Source: Rhizodiscina lignyota | Lineage: Eukaryota | Reading direction: 5' to 3' | DNA: 64,000 nucleotides | Assembly (NCBI GenBank): GCA_010015805.1 | Contig: ML978123.1 | Location: 1,860,001-1,924,000, forward strand | Shown here: in pieces, positions 34,650 to 48,957 of the stretch | How the letters are laid out: every line of letters starts with the position of its first letter | Numbering within the stretch: the stretch's first letter is position 1 | The notes under the pieces: model-generated | What the model was told of the DNA's origin: nothing | Seen by the model: only the letters and a program-made list of their open reading frames with translations | Database searches by the model: none | Made by a program: the position numbers and the translations under genes

Positions 34650-36691
34650 TCAATCCACCTTGATGGAGCCATATATCTTCAGGATGAACACCCACGCTGC
34701 AAAAAAGCCAATTGTGCCTGTAAAGCGTCAGCATTGAGGGTGACTTTCCACAGCATAGGATAAGACTCACCAGTGAGCACAAAGAACAAGAAGCTGATCA
34801 GCATGCTGTATCCTAAATACAGCACACCGCTCGTCCAGCTGGTGAAGCTCAAATCCTTAACCCAATAAATCATCGCGTAGATGAAGACATAGACTGCGCT
34901 TGCCCCCGCCGTGCCGAACGCGCGCCACTGCCAGTGATAGTTCTCCGCACAAAGCAAGAAGTAAATCATGAGAACGGTGATGGCGGCAGACGTGATGATC
35001 ATGAGTCCGAAACAGATAAAGAGGAAGCCGAACATGTAGTACACCTTGCTGAACCAGATACTCTTCATGATGAAGTACAGTTCGACGAAGATGGCACCAA
35101 AGGGCAGGACGCCGGCAAGAAGCATGCTTGGGATGGGGCGCATATATCCACCGCTTGGTGGAATCTGCCTTGGGATTTGGTTCGTCCTTGTGGGCGGGTC
35201 CGCGACGCGTGCCTTGAACCCGAGCCATGAACCAACGACGGACAGCGGTACGCTGATGACGAACCACATGATGACTAGCAGAAGCATGGTTGTGAATGGC
35301 ACAGCGCCAGACGCTCTGCGGGCCCAGACGAAGAGGTTGAGAAGGAAGAACACTGCAAAGACAATGCCGGGCAAGGCAACAGGCGTGTAGGCAAAGTTTT
35401 GTTTCCAAGCATCGCCGCCGAAGAACTTGTACACGCGCGCCGAGACGTAGCCGCCGACGAAGCCAAAGAGTGTGTAGAGGATGATCATTACGGTTCCGAG
35501 GAATCCGCGACTTGATGGACTGAGGAATCCCAGAAGTGCAAAGGCTTTGAGAGGTTAGTGAATTGGGCAGGGGGGAGAGTAGACGCTCTGCATACCAATT
35601 GTGAAACCTGCCATCATGAAAAGCTGCGCTCCGTTACCCACGAGCACACTTAGGAGGAGTGCATGCTTCGGAGGTCTGAAGACGTCTCCATGCACAAGTT
35701 TCCAGCCAGAGTCTTCTTGAACGCCGTCCTCGGCAACGCCAGTGCCTGACAAATCCTCCATTGCAATGTCTAACCGATTGTACCTCGCAAAATCTTTTCG
35801 TAGAGTACGGATGAGGATAGTGGAGACCATGCCAACTAGGAAGACAACGATGACCGCAGAGTTGATGAGGGAGAACCAATGGATACGCGGGTCGTAGACG
35901 TGCAGATACTTGTCCCATCTCGTAGCAAAGGAGGTTGGCGATGAGCGCCAATACACGCCGTACGTGAATGTGACTTCAGTGGGCGCATTGTTTTCCAAAT
36001 ACTGAGGAGTAGCCTCCTCACCACACTCAGCCTTATCCTCACTAATGTACTTGTTGGTTCCTCGTGACGAGGGCTTAACCTCGATTCCAACCACTCGGAA
36101 GGCATCTTTGCTCGCCTGATGGAACTCAACGAGAATGTCGTAGTGATTGTTCAGAATTGGTCTGCCGTCGACGCCCGACCCTAATGGGAACCCAATAGAT
36201 TCGTACAATGTGTCCGTCTGCAAGTCCTTCATGATCTGGCCCGCGGGTAGCCCATCAATCAGCCAGTTGATATCGTAGCCCTGTCGTATCCTCTGGTTTA
36301 CGAATACCGCGTGGTCGGGTTCATATTTCTGACGCTTACACACCGGCTTGCATGTCTCGTTAACACCCATCTTGAGCACGAACGGTGACGTCTGTATGCG
36401 GTCGCCAAAGAGGATGCTGCCTAGCGATTCTGATATCCATTTTGGTCCGTCTTTCGGCGCGCAGAAATGGAAGGCTGGGTGGTAGTAGTCGTAGGCATAG
36501 ACGGAGTGCACCTGCGCTGTGCCTTCTATGTCGGCGGGTGTCAGGGCGTTGACCTGTAATGGCACTTTGTCGCCGAACTTGTAGTTGGTTGGAGCGGCGC
36601 CAGGAAGGTAGAACGCGGACGCTGGAGTAGGTGTGAGGGAGAGGAGGGTAGAGAGCACGGAAAGCGCTGGCTGCGTATCTCGTAGTCTCAT
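34650..36691 (-). CDS. EMP70: Transmembrane 9 superfamily protein (nonaspanin)
   Basis: Signal peptide then FYLPGAAP, SESLGSILFGDRI, RIHWFS, EDSGWKLVHGDVFRPP, TNQIPRQIP, C-terminal IYGSIKVD; two introns. Confidence 0.95.
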
Positions 36692-37243
36692 CTTGCGCGC
36701 CGATTGTGAGCCGTTTGCAAAGCTGACTGCGGAGACGACGTGGAAATCAATCAGGCGCCCCAAATGGGCGGAAAAGCGTCAGCGGCCAGAGCGGTGGAAG
36801 TAAGGAGTGGTTGTTATGATTGACGGCAAGGCAGTTGCTTATAGAATCGGAAGAGAGGGCATATAAGAAAACGTAGTGGTTTCGTGAAGAAAGTTTGTGG
36901 GAAACTTATATGGCATGCGAGAATGAAGCTCGAGTCGTAAAAGTTACAGCTGTACGAATTACATGCCAAGCATTTCGGCGTCAGGGGTCATGCATATCAC
37001 TATTTCTGCAGCCCAGCCTTGGTTCGCCTGGAGAGCTGACATCTTGAGCATCAGGATGTCTTTATTTCTTCTTGTCTCTCATATTTGCATCAAGCTGCGC
37101 CACTCCAAGTGCACGCCATGACAGCGTGTATCGGAAGAACTAGAACTACAGTGCCCTCCCTGCGCCGAAAAAGAATACCTTCAATGCCGTGATATCATGG
37201 GGAAAAAGAGTTGATCGCTTTAGTTTTGGAGACCATGAAAGCA

Positions 37244-38296
37244 TCATACAAGTCCATCGTATAAAGACAGAGCAGAGACGATGGTCTCGTCTCGTTTCGA
37301 GCCCTCCTTGAACTCTGCCATATCGAGGCTGCCATTCTCGTCCTTATCCATCATGCGGAAGATTTTCTTAACGCGCTTTTCGGGCGTGTCCTCGTCTTCT
37401 GGAAGCTTGACCATCGAACCAACCTTTGGGCTAGAGTCAGCACCGCCATCACCCTCGACGGCGTTGAGGTAACCCACCATCTTGTATATCGCTTCGACGA
37501 TGGCCAGCATCTCATCATAGCTAATCTTGCCATCTCCATCAATGTCGTAGAGCTGGAACGCCCAGTCCAGCTTATCCTCCATCTTCCCTCGGCTCGTCAC
37601 GCTGAGCGCACATATGAACTCCTTGAAATCGATTGTGCCCGATTTATCCGCATCGAAGACGTTGAAGACGTAGTCTGCGAAGGACGATGGGTCGCCGAAG
37701 GGGAAGAACTGCTTGTAGATCTTTTGGAACTCCTCTTTGGTGAGCATGCCCGATGGGCAGTCCTTCAGGAAGCCTGGCGCATGCAGCGTCAGCTTGCCAA
37801 ATCTAGAGCTCCTTTATGCCGAGAGATTTCCCTACCCTTGTACCATTGCTGGAGTTCCTTCTTGTCAAAATGTGTTGCCTTCTGGAGCTCGGCCAGCTCC
37901 TGCTGTGAGAGCTTGCTTTGCCTGTTCGAACCGCGGTATTAGCCTCATGCTCAGCGTTACCTCAAAGGTGCGATTGCAAGGTGTCTAAGTGAGACTGAGA
38001 CATTGCGCTCTTGGTGCGGACAACTGAGAAGAGGCATCGATAACATGGTGTCCGGGGCAATAGCGCACTGGCTCTCAGCGATCCACCTGCGCCATCGCTC
38101 AGCGGAACTGGAGGCTTGTGCTGCGGCAGCCGGCCATTCGCATCGGATCAGTGATCGTAGGCTCTTCCTCCGTGCCCCAGCTGTGCCCCATAATCTGGGC
38201 GCATGCGCAACCTCCACGGAGCACGGTGTTTGTGGCGAGAGCAGTGTCGGAGTCAAGGAAGCGCAAGGAAATAAGGCAGACTCACTTATTTCCCAT
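37244..38296 (-). CDS. ncs1: Neuronal calcium sensor-1 / frequenin
   Basis: MGNKQSKLSQ (myristoylation start), [18 protein letters not shown] hands [26 protein letters not shown] and [13 protein letters not shown]; first intron 38285-37922 plus two short introns. Confidence 0.96.
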
Positions 38297-38966
38297 CGTT
38301 GCATAGATCCAGCACGCGACAAGTTACTCGGTAGACTCGGAGTAAAGGCAAGGGGAAAGTGGCGGTTATCGCGACTCCTGCGGGGTGGTTTATTGTATGA
38401 TTGCGATTGTACGGAGGTATAAAGGCGATCGCGGGTGGTCTGGGTCGGTAAGAAGTGTTCGATGTTGGTCAACAGCAAGTCAGATATCTGATTCGCTGGA
38501 GGGGCAATCACAGAAGAGGCGCAGCGCCCCAGCCCCAGCCAGCCGGAGACACTGACACTCTATGACGAAGCGAGCGCACCACCTTCGCCCGAAGCAACGT
38601 GGGACGGTGGGACACGGCAGTCAGTAATAATAAATGTACCGGCAATTCGCAGCGTGAAGCGCGTCGGAACTGGGAGGTAGTGGATAGCTATGAAGCTTTC
38701 AGGAGAGCATGCAAACGAGGCAGTCAAACATGCACATATCTGTGTGGCACTCGCTCGTTCATGTATGGGCGGCCGCTTGCCGCGTCTGACAATCGCGTAC
38801 ATGGTACCTGTCAGACTGCAATTCCACCTTCTCCGTCAGAGAGCATTTCAAAGCAATCAGAAAGCATAAAATACAGTGCGGCCGATAACTGAGCGTCCTT
38901 CTCCGAACATGTTCTCTCTGCGCGCCAAATGAAAATACTTAGAATGCTGGGAGTGCATCTACGGTC

Positions 38967-40199
38967 TCAAGACTTTCCCAATTCGGTAGTTTGCGCTTCG
39001 TTTTCTTCTCCTCCAACCAGAAGAGTCTCTCCAATATCGCACAGTCCAATCTCCTGTCCCCACTTCAGGCCAGCTTTCTCGCAGCACTCTTTCCACTGTT
39101 TTGGCGGCTCGCGTACGTCTTCGTAGTGAGCGGAAAGATTGCCTCTTATGGTGCCGTAATGCATTCCGATACTCCTCCTGCTCCGGACATCCTTATGGAT
39201 GCAAATGGAATCGTCCGGAGAGCAGTGGACGCGTGACATGAACTCCCGGGGCAAGAAGCAGCCGATGGGAAGGAGTGCGAGGTCGAATGGCCCGTACTTG
39301 TCTCCAATCTCTTTGAAGGCGGGACATGCTGGACGACTATTGATGGCTTCTTCACCTCCAGCGACGTCCGCTTCCGTAACAGCTCGGTATGCGGTGTCTC
39401 CTGCGAAGTAAATGTTTCTTCCGCCAACATCTCCACGCTCTTTCAGCACCCATGAGCACCACAGAGAGGAACCCATGCTCGTAGCATTCCTCCCGCTGAA
39501 ATGCTGACTCGGCGTGCACATTAAGGTCATACTTCCGACGCCATTGACCTCCAGAGAGGACTCATCCCACCAATCCAGCTCAGTGACGTCTCCTTCTGCG
39601 ATACCTACGCCGACAAACCACGCCTTCATCCCCAACCCTCCAAAGAAATGCACATTTCCCCGCCCTCGTGTCTTGTACACTTTCAGAATAGTCTCGTAAT
39701 CCAAATGATCGTAATGGTCATGACTTATCACCACGGCATCCACCTCAGGCACTTCTTCGAGGGTACACGGTAGAGGCACAAATCTCTTCGGGCCGCCGAT
39801 GCCTAGTGGTAACGGGCTCATCCGCCCAAAGACAGGATCCAGCAGTAACCTCACGCCTCTAGCGGATGCAGAGGAAGCACTGGTGGAAGTCTCAACGAGG
39901 AAGCTTGCGTGGCCAAACCACGTAGCCTTGAGACCATCTTTGCCTGCGCCCCAATCTGGTTTGCGTACCGTGACGAGTTCCGACGGGTCTGTTGGCACCG
40001 GGACAAAGTTGCGATTCGAGCTGAAGCGTGTTCTCAGCATCTGGCTAAATGAGCTCTTCGTACCGGCGGAAGGCCACGGATTGCGGAATGTAGTCGGCGG
40101 ACTGCCAACATGATGTGCAGGAGGTTCTGATGATTTGACTGCGGACCCGCGGACAGTGACTGCTATCGGACTCTGAGAGGACTTGGATAAAGGCGCCAT
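38967..40199 (-). CDS. NAPE-phospholipase D-like metallo-beta-lactamase
   Basis: FRNPWPS, TWFGHASFL, LDPVF, SHDHYDHLD, PSQHFSGR, YFAGDTAY, ALLPIG, GMHYGT; start at 40199 or 40265. Confidence 0.88.
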   Translation of the reverse strand: MAPLSKSSQSPIAVTVRGSAVKSSEPPAHHVGSPPTTFRNPWPSAGTKSSFSQMLRTRFSSNRNFVPVPTDPSELVTVRKPDWGAGKDGLKATWFGHASFLVETSTSASSASARGVRLLLDPVFGRMSPLPLGIGGPKRFVPLPCTLEEVPEVDAVVISHDHYDHLDYETILKVYKTRGRGNVHFFGGLGMKAWFVGVGIAEGDVTELDWWDESSLEVNGVGSMTLMCTPSQHFSGRNATSMGSSLWCSWVLKERGDVGGRNIYFAGDTAYRAVTEADVAGGEEAINSRPACPAFKEIGDKYGPFDLALLPIGCFLPREFMSRVHCSPDDSICIHKDVRSRRSIGMHYGTIRGNLSAHYEDVREPPKQWKECCEKAGLKWGQEIGLCDIGETLLVGGEENEAQTTELGKS

Positions 40200-40979
40200 T
40201 GTAGAGAAGTGTTGCAGAAACCGGAAACCATTTTCTGAAGAAGTGGAAGATGGTCGTGCTTTCATGTATTCTCGAGCGCAGTTGTTACCCCCGTTTAGGT
40301 TGCGGTCTATGACGACGACCGGAGGATTGCAGCTCTTATATCTCCGATACGTCCGTTGTTTGGAGATACAGATGGAATTGAAAGTTCTTCAATCTTTTAA
40401 ACTTATATCATTGATATTCAATGACATGTTTACTTCTATCGACATAGCTGCGGGAGAAGGCGCATTGGGTCTAATTTGTGGGGCCACTGCTCATACCCAG
40501 TCTATTATGGAATGCCACATCTTAAGACAACCCTGGAGAGTACTTCCACAATTCGTAGCGGGAGTATCTCTGAAAGTCTAACTCATTGGACTGGTCTTTT
40601 GTTGATGCAGCAATGAACTGCGGAATGGCCCTCATATGTTGATGCATATTATCACTATGCTCTTTGAACGTGAGTTTCCGGTCAGAAACTCAACGCCTTC
40701 TAAGCAGGATTGAGAACGAAATTAAAAAGTGCACACTGGCGAATCAGGATGCACGCATATTTATTAAGTGTTAATATGCATCGCTGCAACCTCGCAGCCT
40801 TTAACGCATGAGCAAGAGATGACGCCTAGAAGGAGCATGAAGAAATGAGCCATCGTTACCCGTCGGTCTCATCCTACCATTCACCTAAAGGCGATAGTAC
40901 AAATGCAACACGGCAAGTCATATAGGGCAGTCTGACCACCTCCGTTAGCAATGTCGCAGACACGCTGTCCTCAATCCTA

Positions 40980-41751
40980 TCAAGCGTCGATCTCTTCTTC
41001 ATCACTCGTCTCATCGAAGTTCGGCTTCTTGTTCTTCCTGCTAACAGGTTCGTCGTCGTCGTCTTCGTCGTCGTCTTCCTCTTCTTCCTCGTCCACTTTA
41101 CTCGCTGCACTGTCTTCCTTGTCACGCTCATATTTTGGTCGAGGAAGGGAGGAGCCCCTGGCGGACAGAATAGCTTCGAGATCAGGGAGAACAGAGATGA
41201 GTGCCGTGAATTGATCGATGGTAAGTGAAATACCCTGAAAGAACAGTTAGCATTCAACTCCATGCTGTGCAATGTAAGGGTAAGTAGATTGATAGTCGAG
41301 ACAGTTGCAAAATGCAATGGCATTGAAAGAAGCCGTAAATGGGGAAAGTCACCTTCTTTCCCGGCAGGGTCTTCCCGTCCTTCTCGTAATACTCCCGGAT
41401 GTTTACCAAGTCTTTGCCTCCATATTTTGACACCGTTATTCTTCGCATCTTGGAGAGCTAGAGTCCTTGTTAGTTTTGCTCGAGCCAAATCAAGCTTTAA
41501 AGGCGAAAGGCTGCATGAAGGATGTCTGGCGCTGCTCACGCCTATCAACGGATGATGCCATCTCCAGATATACTGACCTCAAAGTAGGGATTTCCTTCCT
41601 CATCCGTCTGCTTCGACAGGTTGACTTCCTGCTTTCCTTCGCGTCTTTTAGTCTCGTTTGCAGCAGCTTTTCTGGACTTCTTCGACTTCGGCGCGTCTTC
41701 AATGAAGCCCCCGTCCGACTCATACGCTTCAGAGTCGCGCTTTCGAGGCAT
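40980..41751 (-). CDS. SUB1: Transcriptional coactivator / ssDNA-binding protein PC4 (Sub1)
   Basis: Three exons; RRITVSKYGGKDLVNIREYYEKDGKTLPGKK|GISLTIDQF PC4 core; acidic tail. Confidence 0.9.
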
Positions 41752-42568
41752 CTTTCTGGGCGAGTTGTGGGCAAGGCGATAAGGAGATTAGTTCTGTTGG
41801 AATGTACTCGCTGAAGAGTCTGCGGGAAGAAACTTTGGATGATTTAAGACGCGTTTTAATATGACGCGTGGTCACGAGCAGCTTGAAGGTGCTACTTTAT
41901 CCGACGTTGTACCGAACACTATATCGTACTGGACCCCTGTCGGGCCCCACACTTCTAACCTCGCTAATCATTTACGCCACATTTCTCACTACCCTATTTG
42001 CTTCTCTCAGAGATACACCTACTATACGACCGTATATACACAATTTCTTAATGTCGCCGGATACAACTAATGCCATAGGCCCAATTCACAGCGGAGAGCC
42101 AAATGTGGAGTGCTATATTCAGGCTGTTCAATTGAAGATTACGAACTTAAGATGCGGAAAAGAGCCGCAGCAACTAAAGCTCGACACGGAAATCGGCAAC
42201 GGCGCTCCACTGAACGGCTCAACGGCCCAAAGTGATCCATGAGAGGAATGCCTTTCAGAGGGAAGCAAATCCGATATCCCCGCGCAAACCGATGATGCCG
42301 CCTATTGGGACGTTTAGTACTTGAAAAGTTTGGCATTACGTCCTACTTCGTCCCATGCTGACTGTTAACACTCTTCTTCAAATGACTTTCCGTGTCCTCT
42401 CAAATCTATTCCCGCTCTATCGTCTGAGTCTTCCATTCTCATGACGTTCATTTGACGCCTAGATTGTGTACTGCTTCGAAGATTCCCTTGTTGAACGTTG
42501 CACATGCCGAACCAGTGCTTTGTTCATTTGCATTAGACACAGTCTTTTCTCTACCCGTGTATCTCAGC

Positions 42569-44032
42569 ATGAGCGAGAAGTTATATGTCGCACATCCAGA
42601 TGAGGTAGTCACGACGATACAGGCAGATGATATTGGCGAGGAAGTTCAGCTAGATCAATATGAAGTTGAGAAACCCCCAGATGGAGGTTATGGATGGGTG
42701 GTAGTCTTTAGCGTCTTTCTCATCAATAGTTTCGTTTGGGGAGTTGCTGCTGTGAGTTTTTCTAATATATCTTGTTGATGCTGCGCTGACGGGATGACAG
42801 TCTTATGGCGTCCTGCTATCCTTTTACCTATCCAACAATGTCTTCCCGGGAGCGACAGCCCTGGACTACGCTTTCATTGGTGGCATAAATTTTGGCGTAT
42901 CAATGCTAGCCGCATCGCCTGTGACGATAATCGTTCGACGTTTCGGAACGCACGCACCCATGGTAGCAGGCATAATCTGCCAGTCTGGAGGCTATATCAG
43001 CGCTTCGTTTGCAACACAGATCTGGCATCTTTACCTATCCCAAGGAATTCTTGTTGGAATGGGTATGGGATTGCTCTTTATTCCGTCCGTTCAATGCACG
43101 AGTCAATGGTTCGACAAGAAACGGAGCCTTGCGAACGGAATAAACAGTGCTGGATCCGGCATCGGCGGCCTCATCTTTTCCTTTGCAACGGGTGCTACTA
43201 TCCAGCACGTCTCATTTCGATGGGCTCTCCGAGTGATCGGTATAGTGAGCGGTGCAATGAATTTAATCGCCACACTGCTTATTCGAAACCGAAACCACGT
43301 GATTAAGCCGGCCATGCGTGGGTTCGATTGGCGTCTTTTGGGGAGGGTGCAAGTCCTCCTGCTCCTGTCCTGGGGGTTTCTGAGTATGCTGGGATATATG
43401 ACGGTCAGTACCCGCGTCAAGCATAATGTCGCTTCTGCTTACAAGTGATGAAGGTGCTCTACTCATTATCTGCTTTTGGCAAGTCTATCGGCCTAACCAC
43501 CTCGCAAAGCAGCGCAATTACAGCCATTCTAAATCTCGGCACAGCAGTCGGGAGACCATTTGTTGGCATTTTGAGCGATCGTTATGGGAGAATGGAAGTG
43601 GCGGCATGGTCGACGTTCATTTGCGGCGTGTCGATATTCGCGCTTTGGCTGCCTGCAACAGGCTTCGCATTAACCATCGTGTTCGCCATCATCAGCGGAG
43701 CGTTCATTGGCACCTTCTGGATGGTAATTTTGACTCTAATGTTGTGAAGTTGTCGCATGCTGACATGATCTCAGACCATCAGTCCCCTCTGCGTCGAAGT
43801 TGTAGGACTGAAAGAGCTCCCATCGATGCTCTCACTTTCCTGGGCGACCGTTGTACTTCCCACCACTTTTGGTGAGGTTGTAGCTCTGCAGATCCGTCGA
43901 ACAGCCTCGGACCGAGAGTACCTCTACGTTCAGATTTATTCTGGGGTTTCATACCTGCTTGCGAGTCTCGCTCTGGGATGGTTATTGTATTTGCGCCGAC
44001 GTCAGCAGAGTGCAAATGCTCCAGCTGCTTGA
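42569..44032 (+). CDS. MFS transporter, monocarboxylate-permease (MCH-like) family
   Basis: PPDGGYGWVVV, QWFDKKRSLANGI, SDRYGR; about 12 hydrophobic helices over four exons. Confidence 0.92.
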
Positions 44033-45285
44033 GTTTTCTACCTCTCGGGAGGCTGGAGTTAGTTCCTATTCATATCTGGTACTTCAGGCCACGAAGGCTA
44101 TTCCAAAGACAATCCTGTCGACTGGCTCACCGGCTCCGAACCGTGTCTCGATGTCTGTCCTGCATCCAGTTCGACCCGTCAGGCCGGTTGAAATACTGGA
44201 GATTGTCATATACTTGTATCTTTGAGTATGCATCGGCCTCAAGCAAAGTCGGACCCCACAGCAGCTACTAATTGGGTTCTGTGACAAACAGAGGTCGCGA
44301 TCTCGAATATCTACAATATTGGCCGAAACAATCTTAAAGCACGCGGAACGCTACATTTGTCACCTTGTTCACATCACTCTCACGAACAACAATTACTGTA
44401 GCGCAGAATTTTACCCCGGAGCAGCAGGCACTTCTCGCGGAGGTGCTAGACGAGCAACGCCGACGCGGACTATGGCATACCTTGCCTAGTTAAACAAGCA
44501 TCCGTAGGCGAGAGACATCGTCCTCCAAGAGCTGGAAATGCTCGAACGATAGGTAGAACAACAGAGAGACCAAGAGGAGCAGGCTAGAGCAGCGTAGCAG
44601 GCCGAAGTGAGGCCCATCTCGCCAGACGGGCTGGACATTTCTACATCAACACTTTTACATCAATAGAAAGGATGTTCGCTCATGTATGACCCACCAATTG
44701 TGTAACACTTTCACACATCAAGCTAAAGTAATAGAAGATGCTTCAACCCAAATCAGCCGAATGCTTATTCATATTTGGGGACGCCACTAAATAACGACGT
44801 ACGCAACTTTCATTGAAGATGTAGACTCTTTGCATAATGACCTAAGAAAGCCCGATGGCAATAGTGTCGAATTTGAATTTAATGAAGCCGAACGCTTCAT
44901 AAGACTCTTTGCGTGTCGAACGAGTAGTTCAGGAATGGTTTGAAGGCCAAAGATGTGTAAGTGTCCTCCATATGAGGGCTCAAACATTTACTAGCCGGCA
45001 ATAGAAGCTCCAATGCAAATTGAATCGATGGATTAGAAACGTTTTAGACATTTGTCATTATTGTCTCCTGGAATATCAAGAGATAATTTAGTGTTATAAT
45101 GGATATTGGAACAGTGCGTGTTTAGTGAAGTGCCCGGAGGAGGGCGCCGAAAGTTAGGTTGGGGAGCACCTAGGAAGGGTTGGCCGTGTCCCCCCAATCA
45201 GATGAATGGAGTGTTCTACCGAGAGTTCTAACCTCAATGGCGTTTGCAACTTTCAAACCACTTCTTCTCATCAACATGACCCACA

Positions 45286-46325
45286 ATGGACGCGATTCTA
45301 GACGCGCAGTTCGCGCGCATTGAGACCGCCTTACAGAATCTAATAGATTCCATAACCACCTACAACCCATCTACCAGTGCGGCGCTTGACCTGGTCACTG
45401 CCGACGACGAGCTTAGCAAAGGTCTTGAACAGTGTAAGTATACTTTCCTACGGTCTCCGCTGCCTCAAATGTGGTTCCCGCGTCTAACCAGTGAACAGTG
45501 GCTCAGCACCAAGCCAACCATGCTCGAATCCTCTCCCTCCGCCGCACAGCCGGCCTCCTCGACGCCCAAGTGAAGAGCTCTCTCGCCCTCCTTGCAGACG
45601 CGAGGAAAGAGCTCACGCGCTCAACACTCACACCCTCTCAGGATGGCGCGCGCGATGTACCCTTCGACGAGCTGATTGCCTATGCGCAAAAGATCAGCAG
45701 ATACACCGTTCCGCCGACATACCGTCCGGCGCTGCCAATACCTCTGCGCAAGAAAGAGCAGGATGGGACAGCAGATGCAGACAGCGGAGCCGGGAAGACA
45801 ACACGCTCCGTGAGCGTGGTCGAAGAGGCGAATGCGGTTAAGATGGCGAATGGCACACCGTCTTCAAATCAACCCGGGACCAACACTCCTGCACATCCTG
45901 CGCCTGGAGACACGGCTGCGCCAGCGCCGGCAGAAGAGGCGGCGTTACCGCTAAGCGCCACAGTAGAAGAGGACAGAGGCATTGGCTGGGCGACTCTAAA
46001 TCCTGAACAGCGCGCCTGGGTGGACCAAATCTCGGAGTTGCAGTTTGTACCGTGGCCGCGCGATCAAGACGTCAAAGAAGGAGCGTTGGCACGCATACAT
46101 GCCATGGTGGAGAAGGGCATGGACCCTGCCACGATGACAAAGAATCATGCGGAGCTGGAGGAGGAGAAGAGGCTGCGTGGCGAACAGGAGCAAAAGGAAC
46201 TCGACGAGATGAGAGAGAGGAACAGAAGGGAGGCTCGGCCGCAAGCGCATCCTGAACCCCAGCAGAGTGTACAAAGTGGAGGAGCCTTCGCAGGGTTGGA
46301 TCTGTATGACCCCGATGAAGGCTGA
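45286..46325 (+). CDS. MED4: Mediator subunit 4
   Basis: LIDSITTYNPS, LAQHQANHARILSLR, VPFDELIAYAQKISRYTVPPT, FVPWP, acidic end FAGLDLYDPDEG; intron 45434-45498. Confidence 0.88.
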
Positions 46326-46525
46326 GGATTGCAGTCAGGGCTCACAGGCTTAAACACATCAATAGCCAGGGAGGTATATCATAACCAAATGCTCATTTTG
46401 CCTTGGTCTGACCAAGGATGATATCTCTCGCTGTAATGCAGCCGGAATCGCTTTTTAGAAAGCAAAAGAGTCCCATCTATGCCCTTTCTCAACACCGGCC
46501 CTCCAATGCACGCTCACAGATATGC

Positions 46526-48957
46526 TCACACGCGCCGGAAGAAGTAGATGTACGCAAACTTCTTCATCTCATCCACATCGACCGCTTTGGCAACCTTCTC
46601 GTCATTGAATAGCACCCACGACGTGCTGTTATCGCCTGGAACCTGTTTGCGAATGAAAGCGACGTAATGACTATAGAAGTTAGCTCCTGATTCGAGACCA
46701 GAAAGAAAGGCTCAACACGGAAGACATACCCAGCGTGAATTGAACTACCCTTATGACACACGATTGACTGGAGTTGGAATTTGGCCGGCAGTGTGTCACT
46801 GCCAGGGACACTCTTTGACTTCGCAGCTTGTCCATCGCCAGCATCAGCACTTTCATCCTCGCCAAAGTCGCCAGTGGCTTCCGGGTGGCTGAATAACCAG
46901 TCCACTGCCCTCTCCATGTCTCCACCCGTCTCCTTCAGTGCTTGCCTTGCTTGCGGCGCGTTGAAGCCCATATTTCCCAGGTTCTCGATCTTCTCAGGGT
47001 CTATCGCCGAGGACCCTCCGGAACCACCTTCGCCTGACAGATCCATTGGGGTATCGATATCTGGATCATCCATGTGGGCCATCACCCAGTTTAGCGCAGC
47101 TTCTGGATCTGCATTGCCAGTCGCATGCAGGGCCTTCTCGCTCCGTACACGAGGGAAGCCCATAGCTTCAAGCATTGACAAGGCCTCTGGATTCGGAACA
47201 AATTTGGTGCTAGATGACCCGGTCTCCTCAGGCAGTTCTTCCTCGCCTGGCTGGAGGCCGTTAGACTTGTATGCGTCGAATGCGAACGGCTCGTCGCCCA
47301 CTTCCACTGGGATGTCGAGCTTGGTAGGCACCCAATTGACAACCTCAAATCTACGCGCGTTGACGGCGAGCACGGTTGGGAAGGTCTTGAAGAGTGTGCG
47401 CTTTGAGAACCCATCGTTGCTTCCACATGCTTCGCACTTGTACTCGACAATCTCATCTGCGGTAAAGATGTCCAGACACTCTTTCAGCGTTACGGATTCG
47501 AACTCCTCTTTCTTGTCTCCCTCGCCATCGGCGGCACCGTTCGGTTTCCTTCGAATCGGTACTGGTACCGTAATGTTCTCTTGTTCGTCGACCTTGTAGC
47601 GCACTTTCTTGCAGGCTAAGCATTGAAGTCTTGTCTCCATAGCGAAGCGAAACTCATCAACCGGATCTGCCAAAGAAGCTATTTTTGAAGAGCGGCTGAT
47701 GTGCTGAAGAAGGTGAAGGAGAAATTCGAATGAGTCTTGCTGGCGCATGGTAGAGAATTCCTCATGGCCTCTGCCGAGTAGATGCTTTAGCATCGCTGGT
47801 GCTAGCCCCTTTTGATGAGGCACTTCTGGGGAATCTTCTGAGACGATGACATCGCTGTCAGGCTTCGAGTAGCGCCCTGAGAGCAACCCATCTGCTACCT
47901 TTCGCAACTGAGTCTCCAGGTCGTCTGCAGGCGCTGACGTGTCTGGCGGTGGATCGTCTGAGTGAAGGTAACGTTGAGAGAATTCAGGTATCGAAAAGAC
48001 CGACTGCAATACGCTGTTCATGTAGCAGCTATTGCCCAAGTTCTTCAGCCCCGTGAAACCGCTGCCAAAAAGTGGGCGCAGCTCCTTGCCATCTTCAGTG
48101 ACCATCGAAAACTCCCAGCGAAGATTCTGCTCAATCTGCATCTCCGTCAAGCTCTTTTCGGTCTTCTGTCGGTCCGCAATGTCAATGCCAAAGTTCGCCA
48201 AGTGTGCTACCAGGTCCGGATCTACCCTTTCCTCATTGCACGCATAGCAGTAGATATCCGCTGTTCCATCAGCGGTGAGAGAACCGAGTTTGACGGCAAC
48301 AGGATGATGGACCGCGTCGTGGTGCGATAACGCGTGCGAGTTGCCACCAACACCTCCATACTGTGCCCTTCCACATCCAAGGTTGCCACACGTGAGGCAC
48401 AACCACAAGTTCTCTTTCAGGTCGCACATGGAGCACTGTCCAAGCCCTTGCGACTCGATCTTCCTTGCCTCATCTTGCTCCAGACACAGTGTGTGTTCGC
48501 ATGCAATCATCTCCTGCTCCCATGCCTTCACTTCCTCTTGCCTGGCAAACGTGTTCGCCTTCAGCACCGCATCCACTACTTCTGCCAGCTTCCCAGAGCT
48601 CTTGTCCACATTGTCGACCCCGCACTCATAGCACTTCACGCTCGTTGTAGTATCATATCGATCCGCCTCCGTTTCGGCAGCGATGGCGAGCTTGGAAATC
48701 TTCTGTGGTGGCTCATCTCGGCTGACTTTCTTCCTCGTCCGCTTGATATTAAGGACCAGAGGGTGTCCTGTCTTCTGGGCATGCAGCAGCGCATGCTGGC
48801 GCTCCGCGACACAGCCTCCGTTGAAACAGTACAGGCATACATCGAGACCGGCGGGATCGTCGATGGAGTCAAAGCATTGGGTGCAGTCCTCACGATAGAC
48901 GGACTGGTTGGGCCCTGGAGGGCGAAGCTCAGCGGCGTTGACGTGCTTGCAAGACAT
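46526..48957 (-). CDS. UBP14: Ubiquitin C-terminal hydrolase 14 (USP5/isopeptidase T)
   Basis: ZnF-UBP domains, GLKNLGNSCY, two UBA domains (MGF), HAGHY across intron 46729-46671, FNDEKV. Confidence 0.96.

Noticed and set aside
37922..37990. Possible 24-nt in-frame cassette exon in NCS-1 intron 1 (TAG|...|GTAACG)
   Set aside because: The downstream intron would be only 39 nt and the upstream branch point is poorly placed; not supportable without RNA data.
44300..45130. AT-richer stretch as a possible RIP-mutated transposon relic
   Set aside because: No terminal repeats or transposase/RT motifs; the AT shift is mild.
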